A stretch of DNA of 64,000 nucleotides from positions 43,656-107,655 of IMG/VR virus record IMGVR_UViG_3300028883_000036; one strand, given 5' to 3'. This stretch comes from a virus. Shown here in pieces: positions 19,165 through 30,600 of this stretch. The translations under genes and the position numbers were made by a program. How positions within the stretch are numbered: position 1 is the first letter of the stretch; every line of letters begins with the position of its first letter. The notes under the pieces are model-generated. The model had not been told where the DNA came from. It saw only the letters and a program-made list of their open reading frames with translations, and made no database searches.

Positions 19165-21300
19165 TTATTCAATTACATCAAAATCTTCTATTGTAGCATT
19201 TAAATTATTATTAGCAGAATTATTATTTAAACCCCACACTTGAATATATCGTTGATTAGTAGCTGTCATATCTGCCGCATATTTAATATCTACATCTTTA
19301 ACTGTAACTCCTTCAAATGATCCTGTTTTTACAGTACCAGTTAATCTACCATAAGCAGGTGAACCACCATCATGATCAAAAAATAAACTAACATAATATT
19401 TTGTTCCTACAGAATATGCATATGAAGTTGATACCCCACCACCAGAAGAAGGATAATTTAATCTAATATTAAGATTACTACTTAAAATAGAAACTTCAAC
19501 ACCTGCAAAACCACCACTACCATGATAATTATTATATCCCCCTATATTAGTCGTTACACCAGCTAAAACACAAGCTAAAGTACCATCAACAGAAGATATT
19601 GTAAAAGAAAATTTTAATGTAAAATCACCAGTAAAATAACCTGCCCCTTTATCTAAATAAGCATATCCTTCACCTAAAGCATCAGCATCAGGACCAATAG
19701 TTGCTGTAGTAGATGTTAAAGATAATAAATTATTACTATCAACTTCTGTAAATGTAGTAAAATCAAGTCCAGCAGCAGCACTTGCACTTTCAGAGCTTGA
19801 ACTTGTAGAGCTTGAAGAACTTTCAGAGCTTGAAGATTTAGAGCTTGAAGATTTAGAGCTTGAACTTGAACTTCCAGAGCTTGAACTTGAAGATTCAGAG
19901 CTTGAACTTGAAGATTTAGAGCTTGAAGAACTTGAGCTTGAAGAACTATTTATACCATAAAGTTCAATTTCACCTATTTTAATTCCACTTGTTCCAGGTG
20001 TTAAAGTAGCAACATGTTCTATATCATCATATCTTACTTTAAACCATGTTCCACTTACAGCAACCCCACAAGTTTGATTAACTGGTATTGATCCTGTTGT
20101 TGCAAGAGATACATGAAATCCCCATTGTCCTTCTGCATATTGATGTAATGTTGGATTAACAACTGTTTTAACAAGAGTCCAATTAGAATTATTATCTGAA
20201 GTATAAAATTCAAATGTTCCTGCACTTGGAACCCATGCAGAAGGAATTAATGAATCATTTGTATTACCATAAACTTTAACTTTTGTTAGAGCTTGTTGTG
20301 AACCTAATTCTATACCATATGAATATTCATCTCTCCAATAAGTTCCAAAATCAATATATCTATTTTTATCTACTAATTTGCTTTCTTCAGTAGAAAAACT
20401 AGCTGAAGTTGGTGTACTATCAGGTTCTAATTTATATCCTTTCCATTCAGTAATTGGTTCACCTTTCAAACTACAAGAACTTGAACTACTACTTTTAGAG
20501 CTTGAACTTGAACTCAATGAACTTGAAGAAGAACTTGAACTCAATGAGCTTGAAGAAGAACTTGAACTCAATGAGCTTGAAGAAGAACTGGATGAACTTG
20601 ATATACTGATTGAATTACTGCTTGAGCTTGAGCTTGAACTCAATGAGCTTGAACTCAATGAGCTTGAACTGCTTGATTTTGAAGAAGAACTTTCAGATAA
20701 ACTTATAGAACTTGAGCTTGAAGAAGAACTACTAGCACATAAATAATCACCACTATTTAAAATAAAATTATCAAAATATGCAGTAATATTAGGTTTAACT
20801 GTCCAATTTTGTAAATAAATTCTAAATTCTACAGCATCCCTACCAATATCATTAGATTCTCCTACTTGGGACCAATTAAGACTTAAATTTTTATAATATC
20901 CTTGCCATGTTTTACCAATTCTTGTAATTCTAAATGCACCAGATGGAGCATTATTAGAAACAGCAGTTTGAGTTAAACTACCATCAATATATGATTGTTC
21001 AATATATGTAGTATTAGCACCACTTTGATAAATTCTTAATCTATTATCATCATCCCCGATGTATCTTGCTTCAAGAAATACTCCCCATCCACCAATTCCA
21101 TTATTTGCAGAAGGAGAAATATCCCAATCAACTTGAACATCAAAATCTCCACCTGAAATAATAGTTGCTCTATGTTGTAATAAAGAAGTATTTTTAGTAA
21201 AATTAACTTTGACAGTCAAATTATCACTACCACTAATAGCAGGAGTCCCTGCCGCCCCTTCTAATTTTACCCATCTATGTACATTAGGTTGTTGTGCCAT
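19165..21300 (-). CDS. Poly-serine multi-domain virion/fibre protein (ConA-like and discoidin-like beta domains)
   Basis: Three beta-rich domains separated by two long Ser tracts; middle domain IELG..ALTKVKVY..FEFYTSDNNSNWTLV..EIELYG is discoidin-like; first domain paralogous to one in 21311..23482. Confidence 0.65.
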   Translation of the reverse strand: MAQQPNVHRWVKLEGAAGTPAISGSDNLTVKVNFTKNTSLLQHRATIISGGDFDVQVDWDISPSANNGIGGWGVFLEARYIGDDDNRLRIYQSGANTTYIEQSYIDGSLTQTAVSNNAPSGAFRITRIGKTWQGYYKNLSLNWSQVGESNDIGRDAVEFRIYLQNWTVKPNITAYFDNFILNSGDYLCASSSSSSSSSISLSESSSSKSSSSSSLSSSSLSSSSSSSSNSISISSSSSSSSSSLSSSSSSSSLSSSSSSSSLSSSSSSKSSSSSSCSLKGEPITEWKGYKLEPDSTPTSASFSTEESKLVDKNRYIDFGTYWRDEYSYGIELGSQQALTKVKVYGNTNDSLIPSAWVPSAGTFEFYTSDNNSNWTLVKTVVNPTLHQYAEGQWGFHVSLATTGSIPVNQTCGVAVSGTWFKVRYDDIEHVATLTPGTSGIKIGEIELYGINSSSSSSSSSSKSSSSSSESSSSSSGSSSSSSKSSSSKSSSSESSSSSTSSSSESASAAAGLDFTTFTEVDSNNLLSLTSTTATIGPDADALGEGYAYLDKGAGYFTGDFTLKFSFTISSVDGTLACVLAGVTTNIGGYNNYHGSGGFAGVEVSILSSNLNIRLNYPSSGGGVSTSYAYSVGTKYYVSLFFDHDGGSPAYGRLTGTVKTGSFEGVTVKDVDIKYAADMTATNQRYIQVWGLNNNSANNNLNATIEDFDVIE

Positions 21301-21310
21301 TTTTTATTCC

Positions 21311-23482
21311 TTATCCACTCTCACTACTTGAACTAACTGAACTACTACTTGAACTTATAAAATAATCATTTATTCCAACATAACATGAAAATGATTCGCT
21401 TGAACTTTCAGAGCTTGAACTTTCAGAGCTTGAACTTTCAGAGCTTGAACTTTCAGAGCTTGAACTTTCAGAGCTTGAACTTTCAGAGCTTGAACTTTCA
21501 GAGCTTAAACTACTCAAACTGCTTGAACTTATAGAGCTACTACTTGAACTTATAGAGCTACTACTTGAACTTATAGAGCTACTACTTGAACTTATAGAAC
21601 TTGAGCTACTACTGCTTGAGCTACTTGAACTTGCTACACATGCCCAATTTCCAGAAACAAGAGTAAAATTATCAAATTCTCCATATGCATATGGTTTGTT
21701 AGTATAATTTTTAACATAAAGACCAAATTCTGTATCAATATTAGAACCAATATTAGTTCCACTTGCTATTTGTGACCATGTTCCACCAGTATTTCTATAA
21801 TATCCTTGCCATTGATTTCCTGTTCTTGCTATTCTAAATCCCCCACTTGTTTGAGTAGTACCAACAGCAGTATTTGTTACAACAACACCATTTTTATAAG
21901 TTGTTTCTACATAAGTTGTATTATGACCTTGAATATAAATTCTTAATCTATTATCATCATTATCTATTTCTCTAGCAACAAGTTCTAATATCCATCCAGC
22001 AGCAGACGGAGCAGGATTTTCAAGATATGGATTACTTGCTGATGGTAGATACCAATCTACTTGAGCATCAAAATCACTTCCTGATACAACATACCATCTA
22101 GAAATAACACCACTTATATTATTATCAAAATCTACTGATGCTTTTAATCTATTTCCACTTATAGTAGGTGAACTCATAACAATACCACTTCCACTTGGAT
22201 TACTTATAGTATAATCCCATTTATGTACATCTGGATCACTACCATCTATACCATCAAAATTATCATTTGGTGATACAAAACATGAACTACTTGAACTCTT
22301 TGAACTTGAACTTACAGAGCTACTAGATATAGAATCTGAACTACTGCTTATAGAACTTGAGCTTGAACTTACAGAACTTGAACTCAATGAACTTGAAGAA
22401 GAACTTACAGAGCTTGAAGAAGAAGAACTTTCAGAACTGCTTGAGCTTGAGCTTGATTCACTTGAGCTTGAAATTGAACTACTTGATTCTGAAGAAGAAC
22501 TCAAAGAACTTGAACTTTCAGAACTACTTGAAACTGAAGTTGAAGAACTTGATTCTGAAGAAGAAGAACTTGATTCTGAAGAAGAACTCAATGAACTTGA
22601 AGAAGAACTTGAAGAAGAACTTGAACTCAATGAGCTTGAAGAAGAACTTGAACTTGAACTCAATGAGCTTGAACTGCTTGAACTGAAAGAAACAGAACTA
22701 CTTGATTTTGAAGAAGAACTCACAGAAACAGAACTACTTGATTCAGAAATTGAACTTGAAGAACTTGTAGAACTTGAGCTTGAACTTATACTCAATGAAA
22801 ATGATTCACTTGAACTAGAAGAACTTTCAGAACTGCTTGAACTTTCAGAACTGCTTGAGCTTGAGCTTGATTCACTTGAACTTGAAATTGAACTGCTAGA
22901 TAGAGAACTTGAACTACTGCTTGAACTTGAACTAGAAGAACTTGAGCTTGAGCTTGAGCTTGAAGATGAAGAAATAAATCTTTCTTCAAGTAAATCTTGT
23001 AATTCAATTAAACAACTATTTTTATATTTTCTTTTTGCTCTTGCATCAGGACCAGGATCAGTTTGCACAACAATAGTACAATTAATAGGTTCATTTAAAA
23101 ATACAACAGCATTTCTACTACTACCAAAATAAATTCTTTTAAATTTAAATTCTTCTCTTGTTTCTGTTTTATATCCTGTTATCTGAACATATATTTGGTC
23201 TAAATAATGTGGTACTTCAATCCAATAAGTATCTCCTGATGGTGTCCAATCAGTTATAGTAAAACTAAAATGTTTATAAAAAACACCATCACCTGAAAAT
23301 ACAGGAAAAGCAGCATCTTTTAATGAATCAAATAAAGTAAATAATTGATTATTAGATATTACTTTATTAAATCTATTATTTGAATCATTTAATACAGCAA
23401 TATCCATTCCATGAGCACAACCGAATATATCACTTGAGCTTGAACTAGATGTTGATGATGATGAAGAACTTGAACTTGCCAT
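21311..23482 (-). CDS. Poly-serine virion protein with ConA-like domain
   Basis: About 230-aa central Ser tract plus N- and C-terminal tracts; DFDAQVDW...DDNRLRIY domain shared with 19165..21300. Confidence 0.65.
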   Translation of the reverse strand: MASSSSSSSSTSSSSSSDIFGCAHGMDIAVLNDSNNRFNKVISNNQLFTLFDSLKDAAFPVFSGDGVFYKHFSFTITDWTPSGDTYWIEVPHYLDQIYVQITGYKTETREEFKFKRIYFGSSRNAVVFLNEPINCTIVVQTDPGPDARAKRKYKNSCLIELQDLLEERFISSSSSSSSSSSSSSSSSSSSSSSLSSSSISSSSESSSSSSSSESSSSSESSSSSSESFSLSISSSSSSTSSSSSISESSSSVSVSSSSKSSSSVSFSSSSSSSLSSSSSSSSSSLSSSSSSSSSSSSLSSSSESSSSSSESSSSTSVSSSSESSSSLSSSSESSSSISSSSESSSSSSSSESSSSSSSVSSSSSSLSSSSVSSSSSSISSSSDSISSSSVSSSSKSSSSSCFVSPNDNFDGIDGSDPDVHKWDYTISNPSGSGIVMSSPTISGNRLKASVDFDNNISGVISRWYVVSGSDFDAQVDWYLPSASNPYLENPAPSAAGWILELVAREIDNDDNRLRIYIQGHNTTYVETTYKNGVVVTNTAVGTTQTSGGFRIARTGNQWQGYYRNTGGTWSQIASGTNIGSNIDTEFGLYVKNYTNKPYAYGEFDNFTLVSGNWACVASSSSSSSSSSSSISSSSSSISSSSSSISSSSSSISSSSLSSLSSESSSSESSSSESSSSESSSSESSSSESSSSESSSESFSCYVGINDYFISSSSSSVSSSSESG
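21399..21504. repeat. 15-nt tandem repeat encoding (SSSES)n
   Basis: About 7 copies of cttgaactttcagag. Confidence 0.85.
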
Positions 23483-23499
23483 TTAAATATTCCTTATCT

Positions 23500-24024
23500 T
23501 TATGGTGCAACACTTTCACTACTTGAACTTTCACTTGAAGATGAAGATGAAGATGAAAGTGAAGAAGAACTTATAGAACTTGAACTACTACTACTTGACC
23601 CACATCTAATAGTTGACCCAAAATCAAAATCAACGTGAGTATTTACTTTCCATCCCATAAAATTACTCATTGCCCTATTTAATCTTACAAGATTTCCAGA
23701 AACATTTACTGATTCATATTCACCAAATAAATGATCCCCCCTAATAATTCCACTTTTATCATTTTTAGACCAACTAATTATATATTGAGTATCCCATGTA
23801 TATCCTTGAGTAGAAGATCTAATATTATCTTTTACAAAAAAACTTAAAATTCCTTCTGAATTTGTTGTTAATGGTTGTGTTAATAAATTTCCATTTTTAT
23901 TAAATACATATATTTGAGTTAATGGATTATTATATTCATATAACCAAACAGAAGCAGAAGGAACAGGTATACCATCATCGTCTAATATCTTATACCAAAT
24001 ATGATTTAAAAATCCTCTAACCAT
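23500..24024 (-). CDS. Virion protein, prealbumin-like N-terminal domain, poly-Ser tail
   Basis: WYKILDDDGIPVPSASVWLY..TNSEG..FFV; paralog of the two upstream genes. Confidence 0.65.
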   Translation of the reverse strand: MVRGFLNHIWYKILDDDGIPVPSASVWLYEYNNPLTQIYVFNKNGNLLTQPLTTNSEGILSFFVKDNIRSSTQGYTWDTQYIISWSKNDKSGIIRGDHLFGEYESVNVSGNLVRLNRAMSNFMGWKVNTHVDFDFGSTIRCGSSSSSSSSISSSSLSSSSSSSSESSSSESVAP

Positions 24025-24823
24025 ATACACCTACTCTTACTTTAATATTATCAACTAACCAAATTCTTATAGTATTAGAAGTAATAGATTTTACAGTATC
24101 AGGTATTACAACATAATCATTATTTGCAAGAATACTTACTTTTGCAACTACAACAATTGGATATGCATTATTCAAACCATGTGTTATATCTGCATAGTAT
24201 CTACCACCACTTACACTCCAACTTGATACTTCTTCAGAATAAAATCTTGCAGCAGAAATATCTATAGATGTAGTAGATGCTGTTTGTGCTATTTGATACA
24301 TCTGATACCCTAATTTATTACTAATTACTTTATTTACAGTTTCATTCAAATTAAATAAATCAACAGGATGTAAATCATGAGGGCTTGCTGAAGGAACTAC
24401 TGAATCAACATGCATATCCCATTTATATCCTTGTTTATTTGAAATAACTTTATCTTTATCTTTATTACTTGGAATGCCTTTTATACTATCTGTTGTATCA
24501 ATAGGTCGTACAGGAGTAAAAACATAAAAATTATCAATTTCTTCTTCTATACCATCAATATTATTTTGCCAAACTATTTTAAACTGTTGGTCTACATTAT
24601 ACCCACCTTCTATTTCCCATGTATCACCTACCCAAAACTGAACAAATCCATATTTATTTGTTTTTAAATTTTCTGTAGATGATTTAGTTACAGAACCAAA
24701 TGTAGCATTTAAATAAATATCAGCTTCATTTAATGTACCTGCAAGATAAACTCTTACCTCTGCATCCTGTAGAGGATTTCCTTGTCTATCTATCATATAT
24801 TGCCAATAATCTATTCTTGCCAT
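24017..24823 (-). CDS. Virion protein, prealbumin-like domain plus 'THGLN' fibre repeat
   Basis: WQYMIDRQGNPL..AEVRVY..TNKYGFVQFW; ITHGLNNAYPIV. Confidence 0.65.
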   Translation of the reverse strand: MARIDYWQYMIDRQGNPLQDAEVRVYLAGTLNEADIYLNATFGSVTKSSTENLKTNKYGFVQFWVGDTWEIEGGYNVDQQFKIVWQNNIDGIEEEIDNFYVFTPVRPIDTTDSIKGIPSNKDKDKVISNKQGYKWDMHVDSVVPSASPHDLHPVDLFNLNETVNKVISNKLGYQMYQIAQTASTTSIDISAARFYSEEVSSWSVSGGRYYADITHGLNNAYPIVVVAKVSILANNDYVVIPDTVKSITSNTIRIWLVDNIKVRVGVYG

Positions 24824-24842
24824 ATTTTACCTAATCCTTCAT

Positions 24843-25721
24843 TTAAGTAGTACTTGAACTTGAACTTGAAGTTGAACTACTAGAACTTGAACTACCTTGA
24901 ACATTTACATTAACATTTACTTCATAATCCATAAATATTCTTGTTGCTGTAGAATTTAAATGTCTTATTCTTTTTGGTACTATTTCTTTTTTATCATTTA
25001 TTTTTGCAAGTCTAACTATTGTAGTTTTACCAATAATATTAGAATGAGATACATCTTTATAAAATATATCACCTGAAGGAGTCCATGTTGTTACTTCTTC
25101 TTGATGCTCATTAACCCCACCATATTCTAAAGATTCAGATCCTTCAGCAGTACACCATGTAATAATATCATAAAGCATTTTATTACTTACAACTTTATTA
25201 TATTTATTATCATCACATCCACTACTATAATCTACTGGATAAATATCATGTGGACTTGCTGATGGAACTACTGCATTAACATGTGACCACCATTTATTTC
25301 CATAAAAATCAGATATGAATTTATTTTTATCAGATACATCTGCACCTATATTTGTATTTTCCCATGAAAAAGCATTAGGCCAAGGATTTATATTTTGAAT
25401 AACTCCTGGTGCTATACCTGCTTTATACCATTCTAATCTAAATTCTTGAGTATATGGATACCCACCATCTTCCCATTCATTAGCTAACCAAAATTCGAAA
25501 AACCCATTACTATCTGTTTGAATTTCAGCTACACTACTTGTAGTATATGAAGAACCAGTTTCAGTTAAATATATCCTTGCTTCTGTAGTAGGATCATCAT
25601 TTAAATATAAATTAATATAAACATCAGAAATTGGAACTCCTTCTTCATTTAAAACATAATGCCAAAAATGAATTCTAGATAAACTAAAATACGATGATGA
25701 AGAAGAACTTGAACTTGCCAT
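24843..25721 (-). CDS. Virion protein with poly-Ser at both termini
   Basis: WHYVLNEEGVPI..TDSNGFFEFW; VVPSASPHD shared with 24017..24823. Confidence 0.65.
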   Translation of the reverse strand: MASSSSSSSSYFSLSRIHFWHYVLNEEGVPISDVYINLYLNDDPTTEARIYLTETGSSYTTSSVAEIQTDSNGFFEFWLANEWEDGGYPYTQEFRLEWYKAGIAPGVIQNINPWPNAFSWENTNIGADVSDKNKFISDFYGNKWWSHVNAVVPSASPHDIYPVDYSSGCDDNKYNKVVSNKMLYDIITWCTAEGSESLEYGGVNEHQEEVTTWTPSGDIFYKDVSHSNIIGKTTIVRLAKINDKKEIVPKRIRHLNSTATRIFMDYEVNVNVNVQGSSSSSSSTSSSSSSTT

Positions 25722-25755
25722 TTAAATATACCTATTTTAATAATTTATTTTAATT

Positions 25756-26949
25756 CTATCTATTATTTATATTATTTATACATTCTTCAATTGGTTCATC
25801 CCAATTTAAAGAATCTTTTTGCCTAAAAATTTCAATTGAATCATACCAATCACTTTTATTTCCATCACCAGACCATATGAAATATGGAACTATAGGAACA
25901 ATTACATATGTTTTCTTACCTATAGCACCAGCTAAATGAGCAATACATGTACAACTTGTTATTACAATATCCATCAATGATATTACAGCTAATGTATCTT
26001 CTAAGGTTTCAAGTTCAAGATCTTGAACATTGGATGGAGTTTTTGTTTTTACAGTTTCTTTTTGTAGAGAAAATAATTTTCCTTTTAATCTACTTGATAG
26101 CTTTTTAACAGGCAGAGTCCTTCTTTGATCGTGTTCAAATAGTTGTCCACCTTCCCACCTTAATCCTATGTTAAAGTCTCCAAGATCAAGCTTAGATTTC
26201 CATTTTTCCACATATTTAGCACTAGGCTTTATAAATGATTCTCCTGTAACTTTATTAAGTTTTAATTTTACAGGTAAACTCATGCTTGCAACCCAATAAT
26301 CATGTATCGGGTACATATCTTTTGTTGTAACAAACGAAACTTCATCCATTCTGTTAAATATTAATTTTGTTGTTTCCGTACATTTAACAAAAATTTCTGC
26401 TCCCATTTGTTTTAATTGTCTAAAAAATCTTGCAAATATAATTTCATCACCAATTCCACCTTCAGTAATAATAAAGAGTTTTTTGCCCTCTATTGATTCA
26501 CCATTCCATTCAGGAGTTGGAAATTGAATATTTTTTGTACCCCAACATCCAATATTTCTTCCATGTTCTAAACACTCCATTCCTTTTAAAAAATTTCCAT
26601 CTGATAAATTATACCATCCAAGATTAAAAATTGTTCTATTATCTTTAGGAAGTGTTTGTAAAATTTCAAATGCTTCCTTTTTTTTATTTACCCAAGGAAG
26701 ATATAAAGCTAATTCTCTTTTTGCATCTTCCCATTCTGTATCAAGCATTAAACATATATTCATATATTCTATAGCTTTTTCATATAAACTTGTATAATAA
26801 GCACATTTAGCAGTATTAAACCTTATTTTTTTATTTAATGGGTCCATTGCTAATGTGATTTCTGATTGTTTATATGCAAGATCATATACCTTATTTTGAA
26901 AAAATTGATAAGCCAATTGATCTGACATTTGTATAAATTGGTCTTTCAT
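25756..26949 (-). CDS. TPR-repeat plus GT9-like glycosyltransferase
   Basis: N-terminal TPR helices; PEWNGE, EGGIGDEI.FARF, MSLP, IGLRWEG, DT.A.I..MDIVITSCT..AHLAGA.GK, WY.S...FRQ...W. Confidence 0.85.
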   Translation of the reverse strand: MKDQFIQMSDQLAYQFFQNKVYDLAYKQSEITLAMDPLNKKIRFNTAKCAYYTSLYEKAIEYMNICLMLDTEWEDAKRELALYLPWVNKKKEAFEILQTLPKDNRTIFNLGWYNLSDGNFLKGMECLEHGRNIGCWGTKNIQFPTPEWNGESIEGKKLFIITEGGIGDEIIFARFFRQLKQMGAEIFVKCTETTKLIFNRMDEVSFVTTKDMYPIHDYWVASMSLPVKLKLNKVTGESFIKPSAKYVEKWKSKLDLGDFNIGLRWEGGQLFEHDQRRTLPVKKLSSRLKGKLFSLQKETVKTKTPSNVQDLELETLEDTLAVISLMDIVITSCTCIAHLAGAIGKKTYVIVPIVPYFIWSGDGNKSDWYDSIEIFRQKDSLNWDEPIEECINNINNR

Positions 26950-26971
26950 AACATTCTCTCTCCTTCACATA

Positions 26972-27613
26972 TTAATTCCAAAATGTTTTATACCATAACT
27001 TTGCCCTATCTAATATTTTCTGTTTATTTTGATCATAATTTCCAAGATGAAAAATTAAATTATATTCTGTTTCAACAGAAAATGGTTCTATATATTTCAA
27101 ACTATATTTAGCTAAATTTCTACTCATTATATACTCATCTACAATTTTTCTTTCTTGTTTTATTTTACAAAGAATATCTTCCATAGATAATTCTATTGGA
27201 AATTTCCATAGATCATGAGTATATTTTGTAGTAAATACAGCACATCCAGAAATACCAACATTTCTACCATCTCTTTTGAAATATATGTCATTTACATCTA
27301 ATTGATTGCTTGCATAATAATTATCTTTAAAAGAACAATAAGTTTCTGGTATATTTTTAAGAAATGGATTATAACAATCAGGATGTATCAATACATCTAA
27401 ATCTAATAACATATTAAAATCATAATTTTTTCCATCTTCATATACCTGAAGCTTTTCTGTTAACAAAGGCCATTCATTAAACTTTCTTTCTTTTATAATA
27501 TTTAAATCTGATCCAATCTTCTTACAATATCTTTCTATTGTAGGTAATGTTAAACTTTTTAATTCAGGAAAATAATTTCCTATATCTATAACATGCACAC
27601 ATATTGATTTCAT
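26972..27613 (-). CDS. GT-A glycosyltransferase (GT8/GT34-like)
   Basis: TLPTIERYCKKIG, EKLQVYE, LLDLDVLIHPD DxD motif. Confidence 0.7.
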   Translation of the reverse strand: MKSICVHVIDIGNYFPELKSLTLPTIERYCKKIGSDLNIIKERKFNEWPLLTEKLQVYEDGKNYDFNMLLDLDVLIHPDCYNPFLKNIPETYCSFKDNYYASNQLDVNDIYFKRDGRNVGISGCAVFTTKYTHDLWKFPIELSMEDILCKIKQERKIVDEYIMSRNLAKYSLKYIEPFSVETEYNLIFHLGNYDQNKQKILDRAKLWYKTFWN

Positions 27614-27630
27614 ATTTTACCTTTTATTTT

Positions 27631-30600
27631 CTATATTCTAATTCCAGCACAACCAACACCTGCTTGATTTTGGTCTGTAGACCCTATTTTTAACCAATCT
27701 GTTTCCGAACCAACTTGTTCTGGAAGGGAATGTGAAATTATAGTACCATCAGCTAATTGACCATAAGAATTATTGCCCCATGACCATAAAGTTCCATCAG
27801 TTTTAATAGCAAAAGTACTATTGATACCACTATAAACAGAAGACCATGTATCAGTACCAACTTGAGTAGGAGAATTTACAGCACCCCCTGTAAGACCAAG
27901 CTGTAAATCAGTATTATTACCCCATGACCATAAAGTTCCATCGGTTTTAACAGCATGAGATGTTAACTCACTACCAGCTATTTCATCAGACCAATCTGTT
28001 AATGCCCCTATTTGAACAGGAGATGATTTAGATACTATAGTACCATCACCTAATTGACCTTCTAAATTTCTACCCCATGACCATAAAGTTCCATCGGTTT
28101 TAACAGCAATAGTATGATATGTTCCATCTTTAACATTACTCCAATTCGTATCACTACCAACTTGAGTAGGAGAACTTCTATGTGTAGTTGCTCCCTGATC
28201 ACCTAGTCCTAATTGACCATATAAATTACTACCCCATGACCATAAAGTTCCATCAGTTTTAATAGCATGACATGTGTATTGACATTGTGATATAACTGCC
28301 CAATCTGTTAATGCCCCTATTTGAATAGGAGATGATTTAGATACTATAGTACCATCACCTAATTGACCATTATTATTATATCCCCATGACCATAAAGTTC
28401 CATCGGTTTTAATAGCTAAACATGAACTAATACCATCTGTAGAACAATATTCCCAATCTGTTAATGCCCCTACTTGTGTTAATACTGATTTTGATGAAGT
28501 TGAACCATTACCAAGACCACCATTAGAACCATACCCACAAGTCCAAAGTGTTCCATCAAGTTTTATAACAATATTAAGAGCACCCATATCAACTTCTTTC
28601 CATGTAGTATCTGAACCAACTTGAGTAGGAGATGATCTTCTATCTGTATCATTTAAACCAAGTTGACCAAAAGGATTAAATCCCCATGCAAATAATTCAC
28701 CAACAATAGCTGTACTTGAACTACTTGAACTTGATGTTGATTCACTTGAGCTTGAACTTGATATGCTTGAACTTGATACTGAACTACTACTTGATGAACT
28801 TGTAGAACTTGAAGATGAAGAATTAAGTGCTTCTATTCTATAATGAAAAAAACATTGAACCCCTTCAGGTTTATGTAATGTACTACATCTTGAATACATT
28901 ATTAAATCATCAAGATAATTAAAAAGACCAACTTCAGTTATATCAACATCTGAATAATCTTTAGGAACAATAAAATCAACTAAAACTTGTTGACTTCCAT
29001 ATTGCTCTATTGCTTCATATGCTCCACTCGTTACAGGAGATTCTAAATCATTTTCAACAAATGGATTCCATAATGTACTTGTTCCTGTTCCTACTTTCCA
29101 ATATCCCAAAACATCAGGACATATTCCTATTCCAAGTATATCACAATTATATGGAGAATAAACAACTCTATCTCTTAATACTTGAATTATATGAGCATAT
29201 CCTCTTTTATTTTCAGCCCAATAAATTTCTAAATTATCTTGATCAATAATAACTATTCTATCAGGAGATATTGTTTCATATGTAGTAATGTCATAACATT
29301 GAACGATAACCCATGAATTTAACTTATGTTCTATAGACCATTTAGTAGATGGATCATATTGATTATGAATATAATCAGATCTTCTTACCAATGATCCACC
29401 TGAAACAGCAGTATTCCAAGTTGTTTGTATAATATCTTGAGTAGGAATATCATTTATATAAGGAATAACTCTATAACCATTTGTATCCCAATGCATAGCT
29501 ATTGGTCCTGGTGCCGCTGATGTACCAATATAACCTGATGGAGTATTAGTAGATAAATTATGAGTTATATTCCATATATCTGCTCCTGCACTTACATAAT
29601 TTTCATTATAAAAACTAATTCCATTAGCCGCTGATCCTGCAATAGCAGCAACCCCTCTTACTGACTCATTAAAAGTTAATTCTACTGCATTATCACTAAG
29701 CATATGTACTGTATCAGGTTGTACTAATTTTGCTCCTACACTTGTTGGTCCTACAAAAACCCAAGGCTGAACCAAAATATATTTACTGTTTAAATTATGT
29801 GTAATTGTCCATTTTTTAGATGCAAATTGTTGAAAATGTGAATCAGTATTAAAACCACCACTACTTCTTCCCCCCGCTGATATAAATCGTGACCCTGTAA
29901 AAAAAGTATTCATAAATCCATTTGAATTTTTCGGATATAATGCTACTGAATCACCAATTCTATCAACTTTTGCCAATGGAGCAATTAATTCTTCATAATG
30001 AGCATATTTATTAACTGGTTTGACATAATCAAAATTAGTTATTAATTCATCTATAATATCTTCACTAATAATTGTATCATTATCAAATATATCACCTAAT
30101 GGTTCAGTAGATAAATCTACTTGAACCTTATAATGTGGTGTAATAACAGGATACCCTGAGTTAGTAATTGTTTGAGTATATGTATTATTAAGAGAAAGAC
30201 CATATATAGTTCCAGACCATTTTTGATGCCCTGTAATTCTTTTACCATTCAAAACAGTTAAAATTGAATATGAATTAACTGAACTTAAAGAAAGAGAAAA
30301 TGTTTCAAGTAAATCCCCAACTAATCTATTTTCTGTACTATAAACTCTTACTCTTAATACTGCATCTGTTCTATCTATAGTAAGATAATATGGAGTATTA
30401 TATGTATAAACATATGTAGATTTAGTACTATTTTCAATTCCACTTTTAGATTCACCTAACCTAAAGAAAATATTACTACCTGATGCTTCAAAACTACAAT
30501 AAATATAATCACCTACATGATCTGATATTTGAGCTACTTCATTACTTAAAGACCAAAAAACCAAATTAGAAGGTTGATTTAAATAAACATTTTCATCCAT

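Noticed and set aside
20378-23007. Leu/Glu/Asn-rich ORFs 20378..20746, 22357..22686 and 22792..23007
   Set aside because: Shadow frames of the poly-Ser repeats, wholly inside longer genes.
27700-28700. Diversity-generating retroelement in the RCC1 repeats
   Set aside because: No reverse transcriptase in the window, both repeat copies are coding, and there is no adenine-specific mismatch series.
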